This document shows, one piece after another, positions 49,422-58,045 of a stretch of 64,000 nucleotides of DNA (its first letter is position 1; each line of letters starts with the position of its first letter). The notes beneath the pieces were generated by a model that saw only the letters and a list, made by a program, of their open reading frames with translations, had not been told where the DNA came from and made no database searches. The position numbers and the translations under genes are program-made. Location: positions 62,069-126,068 of the forward strand of contig CAJJAV010000003.1 of the NCBI GenBank assembly GCA_905182125.1. The letters are read 5' to 3'. The stretch is from an uncultured Candidatus Poseidoniales archaeon. GTDB lineage: Archaea; Thermoplasmatota; Poseidoniia; Poseidoniales; Poseidoniaceae.

Positions 49422-50828
49422 ATGACCACCTGGGTTGCCACCGCATATCGAACACATACCTTGGGCCAAATTCAAGCGGAAGGGGCTGATTTGATCGGTC
49501 AAGTTGTCACCGTCGCAGGATTCATGGAGGCGAACCGTGGCAAGGGCGCCATCTGCTTTGTTGATTTGCGTGACGGAACTGGCACAACTCAAATTTTCCT
49601 TAAGGGCGACAATGTTGGTGATGAAGCACTGGACTTGGTCCAGCGGATGACCCGTGAATCAACGCTCCAATTCACTGGAACTGTCTCACAAAAGCGCCCT
49701 CCAAAGGCCAAAGAAGGCGAACCAACCCCGCCTCCCGCCTACGAAGTTGTTGCTGCTTCTGTTGTCGTTATTGCTCGAGCTGAAGCACCCCTTCCACTCG
49801 GCGTAACCGACACCGTCCACGTAGCCCTTGATACACGGCTTGACAATCGATTCCTCGATTTGCGCCGTGCTCACGTCAACGCCATGTTCCGCCTGCGGGG
49901 CAAGGTGCTTCAATACGGTCGAGAGGCTTTGATTTCGGAAGGATTTTTTGAAACCCACACGCCCAAGATCGTTGCAACAGCGACCGAAGGTGGTACGGAC
50001 TTGTTTCCAATGATGTACTTCGATACTCCAGCGTTCCTAAACCAATCACCACAGTTGTTCAAGCAACTGTGCATGTCTGGTGGATTGGAAAGGGTGTTCG
50101 AAGTTGGACCCGCATTCCGAGCCGAGAAGCACGATACATACCGGCACCTCAACGAATTCATCTCCTTTGATATTGAAACATCTTGGGCCAATGACGATGA
50201 TGTGATGGGCGTGCTAGAGCGAATGATTCACCACATCTGGAAGTCTGTTGCCACTGATGAAGCGTGCATTGCTCACATCGACACCATCAACGCATATCGC
50301 GCCAGCCAAGAGGAGGAGGCAATCGAAGTCATCGTACCTGAACTGCCCTTCCCTCGCCTCTCGTACTGCGATGCTATTGCCACAATCAAAGCCAAAGGTG
50401 GTTCGATTGAATGGGGCGATGACATCGATGCAGAAAATTCTGATTTGCTGGCTGACGACCTGCCGCAATTCTACTTCCTTCCTCGCTGGCCAATGGAACT
50501 TAAGCCCTTTTACATCCACCATGTCGATGGGGAAATGGGAAGCACTGGAAAGCAACTTAGTCGAGGATTTGACCTCAACTTTGGTCGCGATGAACTTACT
50601 TCTGGAGGCCAACGTGAGCATCGCATCGATGTCCTGATCGAGAACCTCAAGGACATGGAGTTAGATCCAGAAGAATTCGAATTTTATGTGGCTGGTTTCC
50701 GTCATGGAGTCCCACCTCATGCAGGTTGGGGGCTCGGTGTTGAGCGGATCCTCATGAAACTCACAGGTGCAAAGAACGTGCGGGAAACAGTGTTGTTCCC
50801 ACGTGATCGACGCCGAGTGAGCCCCTGA
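49422..50828 (+). CDS. aspS: aspartate--tRNA ligase, archaeal type
   Basis: OB fold with F.DLRD; RLDNRFLDLR, EGG, LNQSPQLFKQ, FRAE...RHLNEF, SGGQR and PPHAGWGLG.ER motifs; no bacterial GAD insert. Confidence 0.95.
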   Translation: MTTWVATAYRTHTLGQIQAEGADLIGQVVTVAGFMEANRGKGAICFVDLRDGTGTTQIFLKGDNVGDEALDLVQRMTRESTLQFTGTVSQKRPPKAKEGEPTPPPAYEVVAASVVVIARAEAPLPLGVTDTVHVALDTRLDNRFLDLRRAHVNAMFRLRGKVLQYGREALISEGFFETHTPKIVATATEGGTDLFPMMYFDTPAFLNQSPQLFKQLCMSGGLERVFEVGPAFRAEKHDTYRHLNEFISFDIETSWANDDDVMGVLERMIHHIWKSVATDEACIAHIDTINAYRASQEEEAIEVIVPELPFPRLSYCDAIATIKAKGGSIEWGDDIDAENSDLLADDLPQFYFLPRWPMELKPFYIHHVDGEMGSTGKQLSRGFDLNFGRDELTSGGQREHRIDVLIENLKDMELDPEEFEFYVAGFRHGVPPHAGWGLGVERILMKLTGAKNVRETVLFPRDRRRVSP

Positions 50829-50873
50829 TTTGAAAGGACGAGCCTTCAAGAACCTCCCCCCGATGGGCGAGAT

Positions 50874-51539
50874 ATGCACGAACTCATCTATTTCGACTCA
50901 CCAGGCTACGCTGAACCAATCCGCTTTTGCTTGGAAATTTCCCAAGTACCATGGAAGAACACAACCGTCGATTGGGATGGTTACCTCGCTCTCAAGAACA
51001 GTGGCGAATTGCCTTGGGGCTTCTTGCCGATCTTGAAAACCCCTCAAGGCACACTGGCGGAATCAAACGCTTTAGTGCGCTACGCAGCAGCCGTTGCAGG
51101 CCTTGAGCCCGAGGACCTCTTTGTCCGAGGAAAAGTGGATGAACTCATCGAACTGATGAATGGATGGCGTGCTGATTTTTCCCCGACCTTCTACATCGAC
51201 GACCTCGATGAGAAAATCGCTGCCCGCAAAGCCCTGTTTGCTGAAGACGGGAAAGTCCACCTCGGACTTTTGGACCTCGAAAAGATCTACACGGCTTCGG
51301 CTACTGGCTGGCTCGCTGGTACGGAGGACATGACGCTAGCCGATGTCCAAGCTTTCATGAACGTCTTTATGATGTTCTCAGGGCAGTTTGACGGAATCGA
51401 TGCCACGATGTTACAACCTTACCCTGGGTTGCTCAAGTTCCATGACTTTATGGCCAACGATGAACGGGTGAAAGCCTACTACGATTACGAAGACGAACTG
51501 CGTTGGGTGTTCAAACCCGGTGCATTCGCTACCAAGTAA
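50874..51539 (+). CDS. glutathione S-transferase, sigma-like (Tyr type)
   Basis: LIYF...G.AEPIR, LP.G.LP.L, ESNAL.RY and TLAD motifs. Confidence 0.8.
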   Translation: MHELIYFDSPGYAEPIRFCLEISQVPWKNTTVDWDGYLALKNSGELPWGFLPILKTPQGTLAESNALVRYAAAVAGLEPEDLFVRGKVDELIELMNGWRADFSPTFYIDDLDEKIAARKALFAEDGKVHLGLLDLEKIYTASATGWLAGTEDMTLADVQAFMNVFMMFSGQFDGIDATMLQPYPGLLKFHDFMANDERVKAYYDYEDELRWVFKPGAFATK

Positions 51540-51541
51540 GT

Positions 51542-51997
51542 TCAAACCAAGTCTTCAGGTTCGTCCCGTGAAGTGAAGCGGGCCACATTGCCGGCTGCAT
51601 CGATCACGAACTTCGCAAAGTTCCAACGAACATCGCCCGTGTAACCACTGGCATCAGATGATGTGGAAAGGGTCTGGAAAAGCGGAGCAGCCTCATCACC
51701 TTTGACGTCAATTTTTGCCATTAGAGGGAAATTAACGTTGAATTTGGATTCAGTGAATGAACAGATTTCTTCATGTGTGCCTGGTTCTTGAGCACCATAT
51801 TGGTTGCATGGGAAGCCAACAACGGTCACTCCGTCTTGTGTCGAAAGTGTTTGCAAACCAGCGTATTGCCGAGTGAAACCACAGGCGCTTGCAACGTTTA
51901 CAACGACCCAAGAAGAGGTTGTGTCATCACCAAGGTGTCGCAGGGTGGTTGCTTCGCCGTTCATGTTTAGAAATTCGATGTCGAGGGGATTGGTCAT
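51542..51997 (-). CDS. glutathione peroxidase family protein (Cys form)
   Basis: VVNVASACGFT.QY, GFPCNQYGAQEPG and WNFAKF motifs; the true start is MTNPLD. Confidence 0.9.
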   Translation of the reverse strand: MTNPLDIEFLNMNGEATTLRHLGDDTTSSWVVVNVASACGFTRQYAGLQTLSTQDGVTVVGFPCNQYGAQEPGTHEEICSFTESKFNVNFPLMAKIDVKGDEAAPLFQTLSTSSDASGYTGDVRWNFAKFVIDAAGNVARFTSRDEPEDLV

Positions 51998-52079
51998 GAT
52001 GTTACGCAGATGTGCACCTCTCTTGAACTCTTGCCGGTTTGAGGCAAGGGTGATAGGCGGGGGGCGGTCAAAGCCGTTC

Positions 52080-52826
52080 ATGGGCGTCGACCGAATGCAA
52101 TGGGGAGCCGAAGACTGGCAATTCGCAGACCTCCACATGCCTGACGACCCATCTCCGTTCAAGAACGCCGCAGGGACGCCATGCGTGATGCTCATCCATG
52201 GAGGATTCTGGAAGACTGAGTGGACGAGCGACTTAATGCGACCCATTGCTGATGATTTGGCAGAAGCTGGAATCGCTGCTTGGAACATCGAGTTCAAACG
52301 ATGGAGTGAGGACGATGAAGGCGTATGGATGGACACACTTTCTGATGTGCTTCGCGCATGGGGTCAACTGGCCCTGCTCCCAGGCATCGACGTCAGACGT
52401 TCAATGATCATGGGCCATTCTGCTGGAGGTCATCTGGCGTTGATGCTGGCTGCTAAGGCCGAGCGACGCCCATTGCTAACCATTGCTCAAGCACCCATCA
52501 CAGATTTGATCGGTGCAGACAGGGCCAACCTTTCTGATGACGGGGACGCTGTACGAAAGTGGATCGGATCGACCCCTGAAGAGTCCCCTGAGTTGTGGCG
52601 TCAATTGAATCCAGTGGACAACCCCGCTGACGCAGCCATCCTCCTTGTTCATGGTAAACGGGATGTGGACGTGCCAAAGGAACAATCCGAAACCTATGCG
52701 AGGGTCATGAAAGCCAAAGGCGTTGAAGTTCAGAAACTCTGGCTCCCTGGTGACCACTATTCCATCATTGATGTGGCCAGCGATGATTGGCTGGTCCAAC
52801 TGAACGCCATTCAGGATTGGCTTTGA
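52080..52826 (+). CDS. alpha/beta hydrolase (HGGxW...GHSAGG; arylformamidase/esterase-like)
   Basis: HGGFW oxyanion motif, GHSAGG nucleophile, HG..D.DVP and GDH; start MGVDRM. Confidence 0.8.
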   Translation: MGVDRMQWGAEDWQFADLHMPDDPSPFKNAAGTPCVMLIHGGFWKTEWTSDLMRPIADDLAEAGIAAWNIEFKRWSEDDEGVWMDTLSDVLRAWGQLALLPGIDVRRSMIMGHSAGGHLALMLAAKAERRPLLTIAQAPITDLIGADRANLSDDGDAVRKWIGSTPEESPELWRQLNPVDNPADAAILLVHGKRDVDVPKEQSETYARVMKAKGVEVQKLWLPGDHYSIIDVASDDWLVQLNAIQDWL

Positions 52827-52870
52827 ACGGCCATCCCAAGACCTATGACGAAGCACCTACTGCGGTTGGT

Positions 52871-53686
52871 ATGGACCTGCTCGGAGATGACTTCCCCTAC
52901 GCCGCAACGGCACTTCAAGGAAAGCACGCATTGGTATGCGGTGCGAGCAAAGGCATCGGGGAAGCCACTGCCAAAATGATGGCAAAGGCTGGAGCAAACG
53001 TCACCGTGTGCGCTCGCAACACAGAGGCACTCGCTGCTTTGTGCGCCGAACTTTCTGAACTTGGTCCGGGTGAGCACACGAGCTTACCCCTTGACCTCGA
53101 AGACAGCGATGCAATCATCGCAGCCATTCCAGTCCTTCTCGAACAAAGAGGCCCGGTTCATATATTGATCAACAATGCAGCAGGCCCACCCGGTGGTCCA
53201 TTGCTTTCGAACACCCTCGATGAATTTGAAGCACCATTCAAACGTCATCTCTATGCGGCTCACACATTGACCCAACTCCTCGCACCAGGCATGGAAGAAG
53301 TCGGCTATGGACGCATCATCCAAATCATCTCCACCTCAGTCAAAGAGCCAATTCCAAACATTGGTTTGTCAAACACTCTTCGTGGTGCTGTGGCTTCGTG
53401 GGCCAAGACTCTGTCCCGTGAATTGGCACCGTGCATCACCATCAACAACGTGCTCCCTGGGTTCACAAACACGGGCCGGCTCGGATCTTTAGCAGCATCG
53501 ATTCAAGAACGAACTGGAAAGTCGCTTGATGAAGTCCAATCTGGTTGGTTGAGTCAAGTTCCTATCGAACGCTTGATCGATCCCTTGGAAACAGCATCCG
53601 CAATTTCCTTTTTGGCACTGCCAGCATCAGGTGGCATCCGCGGGGTCAGCCTTGCAGTTGACGGTGGACGGCTCCGAAGCATCTGA
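52871..53686 (+). CDS. atypical SDR oxidoreductase
   Basis: CGASKGIG, INNAAGPPGG, ISTSVKEPI and SNTLRG (no YxxxK) motifs; start MDLLGD. Confidence 0.85.
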   Translation: MDLLGDDFPYAATALQGKHALVCGASKGIGEATAKMMAKAGANVTVCARNTEALAALCAELSELGPGEHTSLPLDLEDSDAIIAAIPVLLEQRGPVHILINNAAGPPGGPLLSNTLDEFEAPFKRHLYAAHTLTQLLAPGMEEVGYGRIIQIISTSVKEPIPNIGLSNTLRGAVASWAKTLSRELAPCITINNVLPGFTNTGRLGSLAASIQERTGKSLDEVQSGWLSQVPIERLIDPLETASAISFLALPASGGIRGVSLAVDGGRLRSI

Positions 53687-54667
53687 TCATCGGCGTATGT
53701 CAAACCACACCGGGTAGTGATCCGAAACACTGCTGTTGTTGAACACTTCATCGATGCCCCAAACGCCCGTGAGACGACCGCTAAGATCGCCGTTGGTTAG
53801 AATCCGGTCGTACGCACATGAGCTCTGAGCGACGGTGGTGTCGGCATCGTTGCCAACCAGCCAAGTGTAATTCCCCCCGGCCAGTGCAGAATTGGCAAGG
53901 TCTTGTTCAGAAGCATACGAACAATCGGCGTTGAAGTCACCTAGCAAAACCAGATCTTCTTCATCCGGATGTTCAGCAAGGTAGGTTGTGGCAACCTCAT
54001 TCATGGCATTGATCTCCTCCATTGCCGCTGCAGGTTTGGTGTGGACTGTAATGAGGCTCAAATCGAATGAGGTCGGCTGACCAGTGGCGTTCAGCAAAGC
54101 GAACTGGGCTTGGAATGGCTCACGCTGGAAAAGGTCTTTTTCGCTGTCGTTGAACAACGAACCATTGCCAATTGGTTCAAACACAGTGGTGTTGTAATAG
54201 AAGGCATACTGCTCTTGTGAGGTTCGATCGTCTTCTTGCTGACCTGAACGAGGGCTAAGCACCATGGCCCATTCGGCTTCACTCTCATTGTTGATGGCGT
54301 CGAGGAAATCATACGGGACGGTTTGATCGATGTCCTTGATTTCTTGAATGGCAACGAGGTCGTAACGTAAGACGGTGTCAACCAGCACAGAAATGACCTC
54401 AGGTTTGCCCATTTTGGTTTCGCCGAACACCTTGATGTTGAAGGTTGCAATCCGGGCGACTTCCGACCGATTCAACTCGGGAGAGCGAGCATCATCCTCG
54501 CCACCCGGCGATGTGGAATTCATGCTGGTGTTCTCAACTTCGACAGGAACGGCAACATAGACGACTTGAGCATCATCATGGGTGAGCATTGTTTGCAGAG
54601 CCAGCGGTGCAAGGATCAGGATTGCTGCAAAACTGAGCCCTTGCAAGTAACCATCGTACTTACCCAT
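53687..54667 (-). CDS. secreted or membrane-anchored DNase I-like (EEP) endonuclease
   Basis: N-terminal hydrophobic helix; FNIKVFGETKM, YDLVAIQEI, REPF, VHTKP, GDFNADCSY, DTT....CAYDRI and SDHYPV motifs. Confidence 0.88.
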   Translation of the reverse strand: MGKYDGYLQGLSFAAILILAPLALQTMLTHDDAQVVYVAVPVEVENTSMNSTSPGGEDDARSPELNRSEVARIATFNIKVFGETKMGKPEVISVLVDTVLRYDLVAIQEIKDIDQTVPYDFLDAINNESEAEWAMVLSPRSGQQEDDRTSQEQYAFYYNTTVFEPIGNGSLFNDSEKDLFQREPFQAQFALLNATGQPTSFDLSLITVHTKPAAAMEEINAMNEVATTYLAEHPDEEDLVLLGDFNADCSYASEQDLANSALAGGNYTWLVGNDADTTVAQSSCAYDRILTNGDLSGRLTGVWGIDEVFNNSSVSDHYPVWFDIRR

Positions 54668-54756
54668 AGCAGGGGCTAACGCCCCGTGCGTATGAAGGTT
54701 CATCGAAAGGAGGGCCCAAGAGATATGTTCTTGACGCGGAGGACCCGCCGTCGAAC

Positions 54757-55593
54757 ATGGACGGCGAGGTAACACCTGACCAAGCTCGGCGGATTTTGGA
54801 CATGCTCACCGAGGGTGGGGCGATGGAAGACATCAACACGTCACTCGCACTTCGACTCATTCCGCTCGCCGTTGAATTGGAAGACCAAGCGCTTGCTGAC
54901 CGCTTGCTCGAGCATGCAAAAACCAATGCCACCGACAGCGTCGAAGAAGGCTGGGCTGCGTTTGAACAACTGAAAATGGAAGACGCTACCATCGATGCGT
55001 TATCAGAACTCTCCGCCCAATCAGAAACCATCGATTCAGGCGAAGCACTGGCCGCTGCAGTTTCCCATCACGTCGCTTTGATTCACATGGCCAACGAATC
55101 CTATGAAGAAGCACAAATGTTCGCCAACCGTTCACTGCGTCTGCGAGAGATGGTGAAGGACAACAGTGGCCTTGTGTATGGTTTGGCTTTGGTTGAGGCT
55201 CTCGCTAAGAAGCAGCACAACCACGAAACAGCGCTCGTTCACGGGTCAAGGCGCATTGAATTGCTGATTGATTTGAAAGACGAGGAAGGGCAGATGGAAG
55301 CCATGGCCGACATGGGTCACAGTCAAGCAACCCTCGGGCAGTTTGATGCCGCCAAAGATTTGTACGGTCAATCCCTTGATTTGGCACTCGTCCTCGAAGA
55401 TCTCTCCGGCCAACTGGTTGCTCGTTGGGGACTGGCAGACATAGCAGAAATCGAAGAAGATTACGAAACTGCAATGCTCCAACTCTCCGATTGCCTTCAC
55501 GCCTTCATCAACGCTGGCCTTCCGACGCCCCTCGCTGTGCGTGAACGAATAGAAGCCCTCACGAGTTTCAAGCCCCCGGCCAGGAAAGAGTGA
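54757..55593 (+). CDS. acidic TPR-like helical repeat protein
   Basis: TPR-like units such as LGQFDAAKDLYGQSLDLA and YEEAQMFANRSL. Confidence 0.65.
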   Translation: MDGEVTPDQARRILDMLTEGGAMEDINTSLALRLIPLAVELEDQALADRLLEHAKTNATDSVEEGWAAFEQLKMEDATIDALSELSAQSETIDSGEALAAAVSHHVALIHMANESYEEAQMFANRSLRLREMVKDNSGLVYGLALVEALAKKQHNHETALVHGSRRIELLIDLKDEEGQMEAMADMGHSQATLGQFDAAKDLYGQSLDLALVLEDLSGQLVARWGLADIAEIEEDYETAMLQLSDCLHAFINAGLPTPLAVRERIEALTSFKPPARKE

Positions 55594-55670
55594 AACTTTG
55601 ACCCCTTGGTTCAACCAATTCCGCCACACTCGTTATGATGTGGCTTCGACTGGAATGACTGGTGCCACCT

Positions 55671-56918
55671 ATGGACCACGACATCTTCTTCTCCATCAGC
55701 CAGACCCCGGATGCTGCGGGTCAAGTGCCTTCAGAGAACGAAATGTTCACCCACTATTTCCAACAGCTGGAGTGTGCAGATCGCCTTGGCTTTGGCGTCG
55801 GATGGATTGCTCAGGCCCACCTCTCCACTGAGACACAAAAGAGCAATTCCCGCCCAGTAGTACCTCATTGGCAAGGTGAGGTCGGCCTCTGTACGGATTT
55901 CCCACAACTGGCCATGGAATCGTTCCGAAGAACACGTTCGATTGAAATCGGTAGCGCTGTTGTGTCGATATTAGCCTCAGGCGGACCGATTGCTCAGGCA
56001 GAACGAATTGCCAACACACTCCAACTGCACGGCTTGGATCCAAATGAAACTCGTAAACTCCACATTGGATTCTCTGCTGGTCGTTTCGAGTTCATGGCCC
56101 GTCCTTATGGGATTGTACCAAGGAACGCCATCGAAGAAGCTGCATGGCCGGCATTACGTGGTCAAATATTCATGGAAGCAGGTGACATTTTCCTCCGACT
56201 TCTACGCGGTGATGTTCTCAATTCTGAACAGACCTATGAGACCGTCCTCACCCGAAGCAACTTTCGATCCGATGAGGATTGGGTGAATGTCCAAAATGCC
56301 GCCATCGAATTCGAAGGGCTGGATTCTGCTCCTGAACGAGTTCATATCCCAAAGCGCTACGTCTTTGAAGACCTAAAAATCATCCCGAAAAACTTCCGCA
56401 GAGAACTCTTGGAGTTGGTCGCGGGAACGCATGACTCAACGGCTCAAACCTTCCTCAACACCGTGTTGCCAGTGAAGGTATTCAACCTCTCGATCACCAA
56501 ACCAGAAGTCATTGAAGCAACCCACCAACGAATGTCCGAAGTGTTCCATCCATCGGGAGGTGCATGGCAACGCCGAGACATGCCACGAACTTCTTTTGTC
56601 TTCTTGAACGCCGAAGCGGCGTTGTCGCCAGAGGAGCAAAGTGCGGCTGCACATGCCGAAGCAGATGCAGCACTTGGAGCGTACTGGAACGCACTGGAAG
56701 GGACCATCGATCCGAGCAAAGTCAGCAATGCAGCGAACAATGCTCTCATTGGCAACGCAGAAGAAATTGCACAACAAATCATCGAACGGTTTCATCCCGA
56801 GGACAGGATCATGGCTTGGTTTGACTTTTTCAATCATGATTCAGACCGTGTGTGCCGGAACATGACCGCTTACATGGAGCAAGTTGTCCCGCTTGTCGAG
56901 TCAATGTTGAACAAGTGA
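55671..56918 (+). CDS. luciferase-like (LLM) flavin-dependent oxidoreductase
   Basis: ADRLGF...W.AQAH, T..IEIGSAV, P...AE, L.IGF..G and LIG..EEI motifs. Confidence 0.8.
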   Translation: MDHDIFFSISQTPDAAGQVPSENEMFTHYFQQLECADRLGFGVGWIAQAHLSTETQKSNSRPVVPHWQGEVGLCTDFPQLAMESFRRTRSIEIGSAVVSILASGGPIAQAERIANTLQLHGLDPNETRKLHIGFSAGRFEFMARPYGIVPRNAIEEAAWPALRGQIFMEAGDIFLRLLRGDVLNSEQTYETVLTRSNFRSDEDWVNVQNAAIEFEGLDSAPERVHIPKRYVFEDLKIIPKNFRRELLELVAGTHDSTAQTFLNTVLPVKVFNLSITKPEVIEATHQRMSEVFHPSGGAWQRRDMPRTSFVFLNAEAALSPEEQSAAAHAEADAALGAYWNALEGTIDPSKVSNAANNALIGNAEEIAQQIIERFHPEDRIMAWFDFFNHDSDRVCRNMTAYMEQVVPLVESMLNK

Positions 56919-56927
56919 GGTGATGCA

Positions 56928-58043
56928 ATGGCGATTGAACATGACACTCCATCCGCAGTTGAACCGGGCCGGCCTGGCAGTGCATTGTACCCAGATAGCC
57001 CTCTTGGTGAAAAGGTCGAAGGAATCCCAACCGGGCGCGATGTTGCTTGGGAACCCCTCGTCGATTACCGACGAAACGGTGTGTCGGAAACCACGATTCA
57101 TGGCGCCGTCGCTTGGGCACACGGCGATGAGGTGATCCACTCTTTTGGAGGAAACGTTCTGTGTTATGGCCGGTCGATGATGAAGCCGTTCATGCTCAAG
57201 GCTTTCACCGAAGAATTGGCTGACGCATCTTGGGAACAAAAAGCAATTTCCGTGGCATCACACAACGGCGACACCGAACACGTCGCAGCAGCTCAATCAC
57301 TGCTCGTCGAGGAAGAATGGCCACTGATGCTCACGCCACTCGATGTCCCTCTGATTCAATTTGGCCGTCAAGTACGTCGTCCACGCCGATGGTTCCACAC
57401 CTGCTCCGGTGAGCATGCTGCGATCCTTCATGGCTGCCGCAAGAAAGGGTGGAACCGAGCGGGCTACACGCTGCCAACCCACGAAGTCTTCCATGCCTAT
57501 ATGGCGGAAATACGCTCCTACCTCGGACCGGATTGGAAACCCCTGCGCGTTGCCAAAGATGGCTGCGGACTGCCAACAGTTTCCAACACCGTTTCTGAAC
57601 TGGCGCAAATCTATGCAGGCTTGGTTCGCGACAAAGACAAGGATTGGATTTGGGAAGCCATGGTTCGCCATCCAGATCTCGTCGGTGGATTCAATCGACT
57701 TGATTCCACTGTCCTCAAAGCAGGTGAAGGCAAGGTCATCGCCAAGGAAGGGGCTGATGGTTTGCTGGGTTTAGCAATCGAGCATCCAGATTATCCCAAA
57801 GGCCTAGGGATTGTCGTCAAAATCGCTCACGGCTGGAACTCCCAAGCAACATGGTATGTCGCACGGGCGTTGCTCGGAGTGTTAGGGATCAACCTCCGGA
57901 ACCCCTATCCACTTCACAGGCAGAAAGCCTTCATTGTCCCTGGGATTGTACCCGAACGCTACCTTGAGCGGCTTGAAACCCTCCCCACATGGGATGAATG
58001 GGACCCTGACCAAGACCGATGGTTGTACGATGTGGAGGTTTGA
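56928..58043 (+). CDS. asparaginase II (Rhizobium-type, class 3) family protein, variant
   Basis: RSMMKP, ASHNG, TCSGEH (canonical NCSGKH), DGCG.P and AKEGADG motifs; GAGGTGA SD. Confidence 0.75.
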   Translation: MAIEHDTPSAVEPGRPGSALYPDSPLGEKVEGIPTGRDVAWEPLVDYRRNGVSETTIHGAVAWAHGDEVIHSFGGNVLCYGRSMMKPFMLKAFTEELADASWEQKAISVASHNGDTEHVAAAQSLLVEEEWPLMLTPLDVPLIQFGRQVRRPRRWFHTCSGEHAAILHGCRKKGWNRAGYTLPTHEVFHAYMAEIRSYLGPDWKPLRVAKDGCGLPTVSNTVSELAQIYAGLVRDKDKDWIWEAMVRHPDLVGGFNRLDSTVLKAGEGKVIAKEGADGLLGLAIEHPDYPKGLGIVVKIAHGWNSQATWYVARALLGVLGINLRNPYPLHRQKAFIVPGIVPERYLERLETLPTWDEWDPDQDRWLYDVEV

Positions 58044-58045
58044 AG

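Noticed and set aside
51542-51997. Possible selenocysteine in the glutathione peroxidase
   Set aside because: The active-site codon is TGT (Cys) and the frame has no internal TGA.
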